Shown in pieces: positions 33,131 through 46,519 of a stretch of 64,000 bases of DNA (position 1 is its first letter; every line of letters starts with the position of its first letter). Source of the DNA: the human T2T-CHM13v2.0 reference genome, Homo sapiens; the NCBI RefSeq assembly GCF_009914755.1, contig NC_060926.1; one strand, 5' to 3'. Below the pieces are notes generated by a model. The model saw only the letters and a program-made list of their open reading frames with translations. It was not told where the DNA came from and made no database searches. A program made the position numbers and the translations under genes.

Positions 33131-36100
33131 TAACAGTGTTGAATATCTTTCCACGTGCTTATTTGCCATCTGTATATCTTCTTTGGTGAAATGTCTGTGT
33201 ATATCTTTTGCCCATTTTTAAATGGGATTGTTTGGTATTTACTGTTGAGTTTTGAGCATTCTTTTTATATTCTAGATACTAGTCCTTTGTTGAATATATG
33301 GTTTGCAAATATTTTCTCCCAGTCTATAGCTTGTCTTTTCATCCTCTTAACATGAGCTTTCACAGAGCAAAAGTTTTTAGCTTTGGTGAGGTCCAATTCG
33401 TCAATTTTTTCCTTTTATAGATCATGCTTTTGGTGTCAAGTCTAAGAACTTTTTGCATAGTCCTACTTTTTAAAGACTTTCGCCCATATGTTTTTCTAAC
33501 AGTTTTATAGTTTTACATTTTACATTTAAGTCTATGATCCAAATTGAGTTAATTTTGTATAAAGTGTGAAGTTTAGGTCGTAATTCACTTGTTTGGCCTA
33601 CAAGAGTCCCATTGCTCCAGCATTATCTATTGAAAAGGCAATTCATCCTTTATTGAATTGCCTTTGTACCTTGTTAAAAATCAGATGGGCATGTATTTGT
33701 GTGGGTTTGTTTTTGAGTTTATTATTCCATTGATCTATGGTCCATCCCTCTGTAATACAATGCTATCTTGATTACTATAGTTACATAGAGGTCTTAATAA
33801 TGGGCAGAATGAGTCCTCTCACTTTATTTTTATTTGTCAGAATCGTTTTAACTATTCTAGAGCCTGTACTTTACCATACATACTTTAGACTAAGTTTGTC
33901 AATATCTACAGAAAACTTTCCTGGGATTTAGGTAGCAATTGCTTTAAACCTATAGATCAATTTAGGGAAAATTGACATATTTATTATGTTGAGTTTTCCA
34001 ATCTGAGAACACAGTAAGTATGCCTCTCCATTTATTTAGGCTTTTTAAAATTTCTTTCATCAACATTTTATAATTTCCAATATAAACATCTTGTACATGT
34101 TTTGTTAAAAGGACACCTAACTATTCATCTTCTTAGGAGTGACTGTAAATAGTATTGTATTTTTTATTGCAGTTCTTACATTTTTATAGTTAGTATATAG
34201 AAATGGAATTCATTTTTGTTAATCTTGTATCCTGTGACATTGCTGAACTCACTTATTAGTTCTAAACATTTTTTCATAGATTCCTGGGGATATTCTGTAG
34301 AGACAATCATATCTCCTATGAATATAGTTTTAGTGCTCTGTTTTCTATGTGTATGTATTTTATGTCTTGTCTTTACTGAGACTTCATTGGTTATAACTTC
34401 CAGTACTATGTTGAATAAGGGTGGTAAGAATGGGCATTGTCTTGTTCTTGATCTTAGGAGGAAAGCATTCAGTCTTTCCCCATTAAGTAGGATTTTGTGG
34501 ATTTTTTTTTGTAGGTACCCTTTATCAGTTGAGAAAATTCCCTTCCATTCCTAACTTGCTGAAATTTTTATTATGAATAAAATTAGAGTTTTGTCAATTG
34601 CTATTTTTGTGTCAATTGATATGATATGATATTTCTACTTTAGCTTATTGATGTGATGCCTAACTTTCAATTATTTTTTGAATGTCAAAATAGCCTTGCA
34701 TATCTGATAGAAATCACACTTGTTTATGGTATATAATTCTTTTTATACATTATTGGATGAAGTTTGTGGATATCTTGTTGAGAATTCAACATCTAACTTC
34801 CTGTGACTTGTCGGTTTGTAATCTTCTTTGTACTGTCTTTTCCTGGTGTTTGTATTAGGGTAATACTGACCACGTAAAATGAGTTTTTAAATGTTCTCTC
34901 CTGTTTTACTTACTGGAGGAGATCGTGTAAAATTGGTGTCAATTCTTCTTTAAATGTTTGGTAGAATTCTCCAGTGAAACCATGTGAGCCTAGAGATTTC
35001 TATCTTAAGAGCTTTTCATTTACTAATTTAATTTTCTTCATGGTTATAGGGTTATTCTGACTGTCAATTTCATCTTGGTTGACTTGGTAGTTTGTTGTTT
35101 CAAGGAATTAGTCCACTTCTTTTAAGTTGTCAAATATGTGAGTTTAATGTTAGTCATAGTGGTCCCTTGTTTGAAATGGTTGCAGAATCTATAGTGATAT
35201 ATCTCATTTCATTCCCGACATTGGTGATTTGTGTCTCCTCTCATTATATTTTTGTCAGTCTTGTTAGAGGTTTATCAATTTTATTGATTGATTCTAAAGA
35301 ACCAGTTTCTGTTGTCAATTTTCTCTATTATTTTCTTTTCCTATTCTCAATTTCATTGATTTCCACTCATATTTATTTTCTTTCTTTTGCTTGTATTGGT
35401 TTTATTTTGCTCTTTTCTTTCTAGTTTCTTGAAGTAGGAACTTAGATTATTAATTTCAGATATTCTTCTTGTGTAATATAACATTATTGCCAAAAATTTC
35501 CTCACAGTACTGCTTTAACTGCATTCCACAAATTTTCATAGGTTGTATTTTCATTTCATTCAGTTCTGCGTATCTTTAAAATTTTCCTTGTAGGCTTTCT
35601 TTCAACCCACAGATTATTTATAAGTATGTTGTTCAATTACTCCTTGCTTGTTATTTTCCTGTTGTTTTTCTATTATTGATTTCTTGTTTGATTCCATTAT
35701 GACTGGGTATCACACTACATGATTTCAATTCTTTAAAATTATTTGAGGGGCTGGGCACAGTGGCTCACGTCTGGAACTCCAATGATAGGAATCTTGGATC
35801 TTCTCTTATTGTCTCAAAGGTCTCTGAGTCTCTGGTCTTTTTTTCAGTCAATTTTCTCATTGTTTTTCAGATTGAGTGAATTCCATTTTTTTTGTCTTCA
35901 AGTTCACGTATATCCTCTCTCATCTTCAGTCTACTATTGAGTTCATACAGTAAGTTTAAAAATCTCTGTTATTGTATTTTTCCAGGTCTTCATTTTCATC
36001 CGGTACTTTTTTATAACTTCTATCTTTTCTCAGATTTTTAATTTTCATTTTAAGAGAATTTATAACTTGAAGCATTTTATGATGCTACTTTAAAATCCTT

Positions 36101-36564
36101 GTCAGATAATCTCAACATCTGATTCATCTTGGTGTTGGTGTCAGCTGCCTGTCTTTGCTCCTTTGAGTCGAGATTTTTTATTTTGGTTCTTGGCATAAAT
36201 GGTGAGTTTTTAATTATATCTTGGATATCTTGTCTGTTATGTCAGGAGAGTCTGGGTCCTATATAAATATTTCATATTAGCAGTCAGGTACCCTATTTAG
36301 GTTTAGCACATGCATCTCGCCTTACCTTATGGACTCTGGTTCTAATGTTAGTTTGATTTCCAGAGCCTTTGGTCTGCTAGGTTTCTCTGGTGCTTCTGGA
36401 TATCCCATTGGTCCCTGATGATGCTGCCTGAGTGGGTAGAAGGGCTTTCCCTTGTCATGGAAATTCAGTTTCTTTCAGTGGGTGGTGTCCCCCGACCTGC
36501 ACTCCCCCTATTCCTTTCCTTGGTATTTCTGGGTAGGGAAGGCAATTCTCTTAAAAAGCAAGAA

Positions 36565-36880
36565 AGTGGTGAGGAGAGAAGATGATCTAGGAGCAAGCCT
36601 TAGGAACCTCAACATTTAAACATTGTAGTGGAGGAGCTGCTGGCAATAGAAAAGGAGGGACAGGATAACAGAAGTGCTGGGAGTGAGTATTTCAGAAGCA
36701 AGAGAAGAGAGTATTTCAAGAAGGAGAGCATGGACAGCCATGCCAAAGGCTGTTGAAAAGTCACGTAGGATGAACACTGAAAAGTTTCCGCTGGATCGGG
36801 CTACATAGCGGTCATCCGTTAGAGCAATTTTGACGGAGAAGTAAGGGTAGAGGCCAGAGTGAAACAGTTTGAAAGTTTAG
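36565..36880 (-). mobile_element. L2 fragment
   Basis: gccttaggaacctcaacatttaa...gagtatttcaagaaggaga...ggatgaacactgaaaag. Confidence 0.65.
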
Positions 36881-37827
36881 ATGCCCCCTCTAGTTAAGGC
36901 TACCCCCGGTTTCTTCCAGCATGGAAAGTGAGAGGGGAATGATGCCTAGAAATCAACGGCATCTCTGCATGAACTAAGGAGGATCTAATGCAACTATAGG
37001 AGAGGAGCAGGAGGAAGCTGCTACCGTTTGCACTAAAATCAACAGACGTGAGCTTCCCTGGACCCCAGAGTCACCGGCACCATCCTCCCAGGCTCTGCCC
37101 CGTTCTACTGTCCAATTCTCAGGGTCCACCACTGCTCACTGCTGCCCACACAGATCCAGCATCCCTGCAGCCCTCCCCTCTCTGCCAAGGGGTTACCATG
37201 CCATCACGGATTATTTCATTCTCTGGCTCTTCCCCAGCACTGTCAAGGTTCCCATTTCACCAACCAATGAATGCAAATGTTTAAAGAATATAACAGCTAC
37301 TTTTAGAAGGGAATCATCTCTAGAATGATTTTAAAAGTCACTGCCTGTTATAGGAACATTCGTTGAGAGAAAAAGAAATCACCAATTTAGTCTCCCTGGA
37401 CTGGACAGCAATTCTGAGACGCTGGCTATCTAAATCATTTCCCCCAAAACGCACTGAGAAAACACAAAGAAGGAAAAGTAGTGATTGTTTTTACATGTTT
37501 AGTTGGTGAGTTTTATCACAGCACATTAATTTTAGCTAGGTTAACACAGATAGAGTAGAATTCTATCTACGCAATTGGAATTCTATCTACGCAATAGCTT
37601 TATAGCCATTGCAGCTACCTTGCAGGCAGTGTGCAAATACCCTTCTCAAGGACCTTTGAAAAGTGAGGTGAAACAGAAGGTGTTGAGATTATTTGCAAAT
37701 GTGGGTTCTATTCTCAAACTGGCACCAATAAGATGGGTTACTATAAATATTTGACGTAATTATCTGGATCTTGTTTATCGTTTGAAAAAGTGCCTTAAAT
37801 CATCCCTAAGGTGTGTTTTAGCTCTAA

Positions 37828-38236
<409 letters not shown>

Positions 38237-40234
38237 TAGCTGTTAACCTTTTCTAAAGCTTACTTTTTGATCAGAGCCCCACCCATAATTGTTAAATGCT
38301 TTCCATCGGGAATTGTGTTGTGTGGAAGTTTCCAGAAAAGCAGGGACACTGCCTTCTCAGTCAACTGGCACAGAAATGGCCTACTACAGTTATGCTCCAG
38401 TAGGAGCACCTGGCTGTCAGATGAAGGAGGTGCAAGACAATGCAGGCTACTTTCCAGGGAAGCCTAACCCAGGCGAGGAACAACTAGCAGAGCTGAATGC
38501 TAGTCTGGCTTCCTCTCTCACCCCCTGCCTCTCTTTTCCTTCCTTTCTTTGTGAAAGGGAGCAAAACAACACTGAGTGAGATAATGCCTGTAAACCTGTA
38601 AACCCTGGGCAATATCGTGATAGCCCTGATGGAGAAGCCCAGCGTAGTGACCCCCTGGGGGCAAGAGCAGCCAGCACAGCAGCCCCAGCCCATGGAGCAT
38701 ATTCCCACGGGGCAGCCTGGGAACCAGGACCCGCCTCATGCCCAGACTCCCGTGGGTGGGCCCACTCCTCACTGCCTTCCCCCTTCTGTCAACTGCCAGC
38801 TAGAGGCCTTTTCCCTCGCGGAGCCTAGGATGCATCCAGCCCACTTCAAGCCAGTCGCTTTGACACTGCACATTTTATTCCCCTTAAATATATTCATGGC
38901 AGCAACAAAGCTTTCAGCACAGAGCAGATGCAGGGTCAGAGCAGAGTGAGCTGGAACGTATTTTTTTCTAGAGCCCGGACTTTCTGAGGCTCTCCTGGAC
39001 ATCATCTGCCCCGCAGCCTTGCTCCAAACCTGGGTGGCACATAGGGCCCAGGGGCCCGGTGGTTAGACACACAGTTTTCTCTCTCATTCTTTCTGTTTCT
39101 TTACAGAGATTTCTCAGGATTCTCTTGTTCCTGTTCTACTGAGGATCCTCGAGGTGACCTATATTGTATAGAACCTGGATTGAGAGGCTGCTCACCCCAC
39201 TGGGCACAATTATCATTTCAAAATGGAATTCCAAGGTCACGTGGTTAGCGTATGAAAGGCTCAGACACGGGCATTCATTGGTAAGTCAGCTGTGGCAGCA
39301 GCCGTCTCTGCACAAAACATTTCCCCCTTGAAAAATCTCACGCAAGTTCAAAATAGCTTTACACAATACTTGTGCTTCTCCCAGAGATGTTTTTTCTTTT
39401 TTTTTTTAATCCTTGACCTACTTTTTCTGTATGTGCAATACACCTAATGAGTAATAACGACTTCAGAGAGGGTAGCACCAGGGGAAACAAAACTGAATGA
39501 ATGCCTTGAGAGAATGACTCGGGAGCCCTCAGACTCAACGGACTTTCTTCTCAGGGCAGAAACGAGGGCGTTCGTCTGAACTGTAGGTTTGCTGAAGATT
39601 CCTATGGCTGGACGATGCCCCGGCGAAATAGTCAGGATATGACAGAGGTGGCTAGCAGTGGGAGCCAGACAGAGGGACTGACACACACGTGCACACACTT
39701 GCACACACTCACACTCTCACGCACACACGTGTTCACAAACCCACCCTATCCCCACCCAAGCTAGACGGTGCTGTAAAGAGAATGCTTTGGGGTCTGGAAC
39801 GTTCGCTGCCATCTAAAAATGCTCTTCTAAAACAGACTCTGTCAATGACGGGATCCGCACAGAAAGGGAACACGCTTCTCCGCCTCTGGAGTCATAAACC
39901 CAAACCCCAGAAGGCTCGGGGGAGGAGAGAAGTGGCCACAGACTTCACTCACACATCGCTCTCCAGTCTGTGCACAGCAAAAACAGCTGCTGCCTCAGCC
40001 CCTGAGTGTACGTCAGTCCCTTTGAATGGGAAATCAGAAAAGGTGTCCTTCTAAGCCGGAGATGGGATTCTTGAGAATTACATGAATAAGCGTCTCTTCT
40101 CTCGAAACCATCGGCCACTTTTCTTCAGCAAGATTTTTCCCCTAAGCAGGCCTCTGTGATGGAGGAAACACGCAGAGCTGCACTTGCTGAGTCTCTGTCA
40201 GGAGCAGGCACTGGGCTGGGGTGATTTCGAACCT

Positions 40235-40425
40235 CGCAGACGAGTTCAAATCCCACCTCCAGCAGTTGTGGGCTATGAAGTCTTGGGCAAGTCACCTTCT
40301 TGAGCCTTAATTTCCATGCCTGTTAAAAGATGATCATAACATCTGACTTCAGTATGGTGAGGGTTAATGATAACTGATATGAAGCCACTTCACACAGAGA
40401 ATGCTCTCAATAAACGGTAGCTATG
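40235..40425 (+). mobile_element. MIR
   Basis: gttcaaatcccacctcc...cttgggcaagtcac...ctcaataaacggtagctat. Confidence 0.75.
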
Positions 40426-41608
40426 GTGATAAGCAAGGCATGGTCCCTGCATTGAGGAAGATGCAATTCGGTGGCCTTGAGGTCAACTCCAAGCCTGCTG
40501 GGATTGAGCTGGACCCTGAGGCTTCCTCAGCCCATGACTAGGACCAGGAAGCAAAGCTGTGTGTAGCAGGTGTGGCGGAATGATTGCATTTCAGCTCCAA
40601 TTTCTCATACCCAATATTTCAGCAGGCAACTTGCTTGACTTTACCCTGCCCCCCTGGCTTTTGTTTGTCTGGAACCCTAAGCTTCTCAAAGGAGAGAGAG
40701 AGAGAGAGCGCACCTAGTTCTGGAAAAGAATAGGATAGAGGCTCTCATGAGGATAGACCCTCAGAGGAGAAACACTGTGTGTCCTTCGGGGTCTTGACCC
40801 CAGCCCTTGTGGCTGCCAGCATCATCTGAGGGCCCTGGTCCCCTGTGGCCTGGAAGCAGCAGAGTCCCCCCTGTAAAGGACCCCGTGCATGGGGAAAGGA
40901 CCCCGTGCATGGGGATGAGCTCCTCAGAGGCAACTCCAGGACCTGAAGGCCTGTGGTCTCACCCCTATTTCCTGCCACTTCAAAAGCTGCCTGGTTCTTG
41001 TGCCACCCTGGGGGATGGAGGTTGGGGGGTTTGAATAGGGATGGAAAGTAAATATTAGGCCTCTAAGTCAGATTCAACTTGCTTATTCCCACACCTGTGC
41101 TCACCTCTGGGAGACACCAGGTTCTCTTCCTGACTGAGGGAGCTGAGTCCTCTGAGGGCTCCTGCCTCCCCCAGAGGGCTGTGAGGCATATGCGGACCTG
41201 GGCTCCCAAAGCTGGGCCAAGGAAAACGACCTCTTTCCATGCTTCAACGTCCTGGAAGCTCAGGGAAGTCAGGGCCTGTCTCCTGGCTCAGCAAACACAG
41301 CAGGTCTCATTCAAACAGAGCGAGACTACCCCTGCCGGCTGCCTGCCCACAGTGCTCCTGTGGTCGGTCCAAGGCTGCACTGACTCTAGCTTTGTCCTCT
41401 CCCCACTGCTGTGCCCATCCCTGACCCTCCTGGGCCAGCTTCAGGTCCCCAGAGCACACCCCTGCTGACCCCTGCTTCGGTGTTGGTACCACTGCAGAGC
41501 CAGCAGGCAGGAGGAGCCAACCGGTAGGGGAAATAGCAGGGCAAAGGAGGGAAGACGAGCTGGAACATTTGCCCTGGGGTCAGAGGTCTCCACGCAGACA
41601 AGTGCAGC

Positions 41609-41943
41609 TGGACTAGTTTGCTAGGGCTGCCATGACAGGGTGCCAGGCAGGGCAGCTTAAACAACATTTATTTCTCCCACAATTCTGGAGGCTGGAAGTT
41701 CAACAGCAAGGTGTCAGCAGGACTGGTTTCTTCTGAGGCCCCTCTCCTTGGCTCGTAGATGGCCATCTTCATGTTCTAATAGGGAGACCAGCCATACTAT
41801 ATTAGGGCCCACCCTTGTGACCCCATTTTACCTTAACCACCTCTTTCAGGACCCAATCTCCAAATACCGTCACCATCTGTGGGTACTGGGGGTTAGGACT
41901 TCACCATGTGAATTTGCTGGGGGACAACATTCAGCCCATAACA
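41609..41943 (-). mobile_element. MLT1B-like solo LTR
   Basis: tagtttgctagggctgccatgaca...gggggttaggacttcaccatgtgaattt...ttcagcccataaca. Confidence 0.85.
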
Positions 41944-42096
41944 GGATCACTGACTGAAACCCTAAGGGGCTGCATGATTTTATTTTCCTCATAGAGAAAA
42001 AATCCAGGCCTTCTAGAAAGCTTGACCTTGTTTCTTTCCTTCTTGTTTTGTTCTGTTGTGTAATTAGGGAAAATACTAGAAAAAAAGGAAGGAGTC

Positions 42097-42129
<33 letters not shown>

Positions 42130-42149
42130 CACACACACATACACACACG
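42097..42149. repeat. (TA)n(CA)n
   Basis: Directly visible. Confidence 0.92.
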
Positions 42150-42182
42150 CATGTGTTATCATTTTCATTCAATAAAAATATA

Positions 42183-42481
42183 TTTTATTTATTTATTTAT
42201 TTTATTTATTTATTTTTTGAGAGAGGTTCTGGCTCTGTCACCCAGGCTGGAGTGCAGTGGTGTGATCCTGGCTCACTGCATTCTCAGTCTCCTGAGCAGC
42301 TGGAACCACAGGCATGTACCACCACACCCAGCTCTTTTTTTTTTTTTTTTGCGGGTGGTGGGAGGAGAGAGAAGCTCTCACTGTTGCCTAGGCTGGTCTT
42401 GAACTCCTGTGCTCAAGTGGTACTCCTGCCACGGCTTCCCAAAGTGCTGGGATTACAGGCATGAACCACCGTGCCTGGTCT
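42183..42481 (-). mobile_element. AluJ with (TTTA)n tail and internal deletion
   Basis: Diverged antisense dimer. Confidence 0.88.
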
Positions 42482-43534
42482 CAATGTGTTTTTAGTTGAC
42501 TTAGAAGAGACCAAATAGCCCCAACCAGGCTGTTTTCCAACTACAAATGAGGATAGGCTCCTGCTAACTGACTCTCCTAGAGGTATCTTTTTTTTTTTTT
42601 TTTGGCCCACAGATCAGTGTCTTAACCCCACCCCCTCTGAGATCACCATTCCTTTCATAGGTTTAGCATTAGACCACCCACCACCCCTGCTCCCTTCCTC
42701 TCCTCTGTCCCTTCAGGAGGGGAGACCCCATCCCTCCCTGGGAGTTGGCCCATGTAAGGATAGCTGATCGCACCCCCAAGTGGGGTTAGACCATCACTTT
42801 GCTACCTCTTATCTCAGCATCAGATCAGCGCTTTCATCAGAATAGGGCCCTACTGTGTGCTCCATTTCCCAAACCCTCTCAGATACATTTGATCTTTGCA
42901 CGTTTGATCTTTGTGTCTGCGGGAGGAGGAAGGAAGTGAACTTTTACTGAGCTTGCTCCACATTTTAGGCTTATTGTTAGTGGTTTTTGCATCTGTGGTT
43001 TCTTTAATCATCATGTCAACCTATGGCATGATTGTGTATCAGAAAAAAAAAAGTTATTATTCTGTGTAACCCTCAACTCAACCCCACCCCACTGATGTGC
43101 TGCAGAGGGTAGGGTGCAGTACCAGAGACGTCTGAATATTAATCTATAGAACACATTGATCTACAAGTCACGTTGATCTACAGAACAAAGGGCATGGAGA
43201 GCTCAGGAAGAAGAAAATATTTGAGAGTGTGGTGGGGGATGGTGGGGAGTGGAGAGAGAGCCGGTATCCTGTGGAATACAACTTTGAAGAGAGTTTTAGA
43301 AAGCCTTGCTGGGGATGTCTGGTGCATTCCGCTCCCTGCTTTGTTATAAAAGAGGATTTCTGACTTGCCTATTTGTGTTTCCTTGGGGGGTATCAGAGTT
43401 CAGGCATTGGGCTTGTTACACTCAGGTACAGTTGCTATGAGCACCATTTTATAAATGAGGAAACTGAGGCTCAGAGAGATGAAGTCATTGTTGGTCAGTG
43501 AAAGACCCACAGATTAACTTCCAGTTTGTCTAAC

Positions 43535-44255
43535 TGCAGTCACCTGACTGGTTCTTCCTTTCCACAGCGCAGACAAAATCAGCTCACTGAGGCCACGGTA
43601 TTGCAATAGAGAAAGAGTTTAAATGACGTGAGGCTGACCCACGTGGGAGAACTGGAGTTATTACTCAAATTAGTCTCTCCAAAAGCTTGGATATTAGGGT
43701 GTTTTGGATAATTTGGTGGGCAGGGGGCTAGGGAATGGCTGCTGCTGATTGGTTGGGGATGAAATCACAAGGGTGTGGAAAATGGTCCTCGTGCACTGAG
43801 TCTGCCTCTACATGGGAGCCACAAGACCTGTTGAGCCATGAGTCATGAGTCCTGGTGGGGTCAGTCTGAAAGATATCTCAAAAACCAATCTTCAGTTCTA
43901 CAATAGCGATGTTATTTATAGGAGCAATTGGAAAAGTCACAAATCTTGTGACCTCTGGCCACATGACCCCTGAGCAGTAAGGGATTCTAGAAACTATGCC
44001 TGTCTTGTCAGAATTCAGGCCCCTCTCTCTCATAATCTTAACCTTGTGACCTTTCATTAGTTTTACAAAGGTGGTTTAGTTTGGGGAAGGGCTATTATCA
44101 CCTTTGCTTTAAATGTAAACTATAAACTCAATTCCTCCCAAAGTTAGCTTGTCCTATGCCCAGGAATGACCAAGGACAGCTTGGAGATCAGAAGCAAGAT
44201 GAAGTCAACTATATCAGATTTCCTACTGTCATAAATTTTGCAAAGGCCACAAAGG
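43535..44255 (-). mobile_element. LTR8-family (ERV1) solo LTR
   Basis: taaactataaact...cctcccaaagttagct...cccaggaatgaccaaggacagcttggag...gaagcaagatg...ttttgcaaagg is the reverse of the recalled LTR8 5' end. Confidence 0.85.
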
Positions 44256-45259
44256 CCGTTTTGCAATGTAGTACATGGTCGACACTTCATTAATATTTAT
44301 TTGAGCCCATTTACTTTTTCACATTTTGGCCAGTTAGGAAACAGAGGCATTACTGAGTATTTGGCATTCCCCAGGCCAACCAGCCTTCTGAAGTCCTTAG
44401 AGGTGAGAGGACCACCTCCTACTCTTGGCACTAACTGTGCTGTGCTTTGCACACAGAGTTTCATCAATTCCTGGCATCTCCATCCAACTCCCTCTTCTTA
44501 ACTTGGACTGGACTTTCTTAAGTCTCAGGAAGGATGTCATCCATTGATTTTACACTGTAGAATGCACACACAGTTACTCTGTGATTTTTCACATTTTCAA
44601 GTATTTCCCACTTGCTTTTTATCAACAATGATGTAATAAGACACACTTCTGTAAGTTCTGTTTCCAGGGAGAAGAATGGAAGCTTTGATTTCCTCTCTCA
44701 GCTTGACCAGAAAAAAACAGGTCCTAAAAGCTGGCATTCTTTAACTCCAGTGCTAATAATTCCCACTCCTTATTGTGTTTCTAAACCAAAGGGTCAGGTG
44801 AAAAAGTAAAGCAAAAATTGCCCCAGAAATCCAAAGAGGGTGGATCTCACATTCAGAGGCCTGCGGGGAACAAAGCCCTGCAGGGATAGACGGTGAGGCC
44901 TCCCGCACTGAAGGATGCCAGCTGGAGTCTATGCGGCTGAGTGCTGCACTTACCTCCCAGGGAACAGTGCTCTCCTGACCTTGAGCTCCTCCTTCCTCCC
45001 ACAGGGGATGCCTGACGGAAGAGGGAGAAAGAAAACTGCTCAAGCAGGGCTCAGATTCTGTCACCTTCTAGCAGAGCTGGCTTAGGAAACAGCGAATTGT
45101 GAGCTATAATTTCAGGGATGCTTGGAAGACGCCCTCCCTCAAGCTAAATTATTTCTAGAATTTCCACCATCAACGTTTATTTCTTGGGTAGATGGATTAT
45201 CTCCCATCAACGTGCAAATGTACCTTGAAAGTTATCACTTGTGCACAGGGAGAACTAAT

Positions 45260-45760
45260 GGGTAGATGGAAGATTCTGGAACTAGACCTGTGTTCTTATC
45301 CTGGCTCTTCCATCTCCTACCTGAATGACCTTGTACCAGTACCTGACCTCTCTGAGCATGGGTGTGCTCATGTGACCCTGCCTCATAGAGGTAATGGACT
45401 TAAAACCACTTAGGCATAATGCATGCTGGATAAATACTGGCTGCATCCCATCCAATTTAATATGTTGTGTTATCATTTTCATTCAATTCCATGTAGTTTT
45501 AAATTTCCTTTGAGAACATTGTAATTCAGAGCCTAAACTCTGAGAGTTAGACTGTCAGGATTTAAATGCCACCACCTCTGCCACTTGCTAGCTGCAAGAC
45601 CTTGGGCAAGTGAATTAATGGTTCTGTGCCTCAGTTTTCTTTTATGTAAAATGGAATCAAAATTATACCTCCCTCATAAGATTGTGGAGACCAATGACTT
45701 GATATAGATAAAGCACTTGGAACAGTGTGTGGCACTTACTACATGAGTATATATTATCTT
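45260..45760 (+). mobile_element. Two MIR copies
   Basis: ctctgccacttgctagctgcaagaccttgggcaagtgaattaa...tgcctcagttttc...tgtaaaatgg. Confidence 0.75.
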
Positions 45761-46519
45761 TAAGCCATCAGTCATTGCCTCTTTCATGCGAATTACCTCA
45801 TGAGCACATTTCCATTTTGATAGTTAAGCTAAGTGTTTTAAAGAAAACTACATTTTTTTTTTTAGCGTAAATGTTAAGTGGATAAATATTCCCTTGTTTC
45901 TTTTGGATTCTTTCCCCTTAGATGTCTTTGGTATATACATTCTCCTTCTCTTCCAATTCCCCAACCCCAAAACCAAAAAACTCCACTGTTGTTTACCTGT
46001 TAAAATGACTTACCCTATTAAGTTATAGAACCCAGCAGACATTCCCAAGACAAGATCAAGGTAGCTGGAAGACTACCTCAGAGACAAGCCAGCTACATGA
46101 TATGTCCTGTACATCTTTAACTTAGCAGTGCCTAGAGGGTCAGAGCAGCAAATACTGCCCTCACTGGCCAGATGATGCTGAAGTGTCTAGGGGACTTGGG
46201 ATCACTTCCATGTGTTCTTACCACTGTCCCCAAAGATGTGTCTGACTTGCGAAAAATGAAAAAAGCAGCCTGGCTACAAGCTTAGGGGGTCAGATTTGAC
46301 CTAGTGTTATTTTTTTTCAAACAGTGCCCCTTGGCTCTCTGGGGTTCATGGGAGGAACTCTAAGGATTCTTGAAAATAAAGCCTAATTATTGAAAATAAA
46401 GTTCTATGACAGAACTCAGTGTCTCATTTCATTTTACCAGACCCTCCCCCAGCAACCAATCTATAAAATAGAGAAAATTTGTTATTGGCAGAGTCATACC
46501 CCCTCTTTTTCATCCCCCT

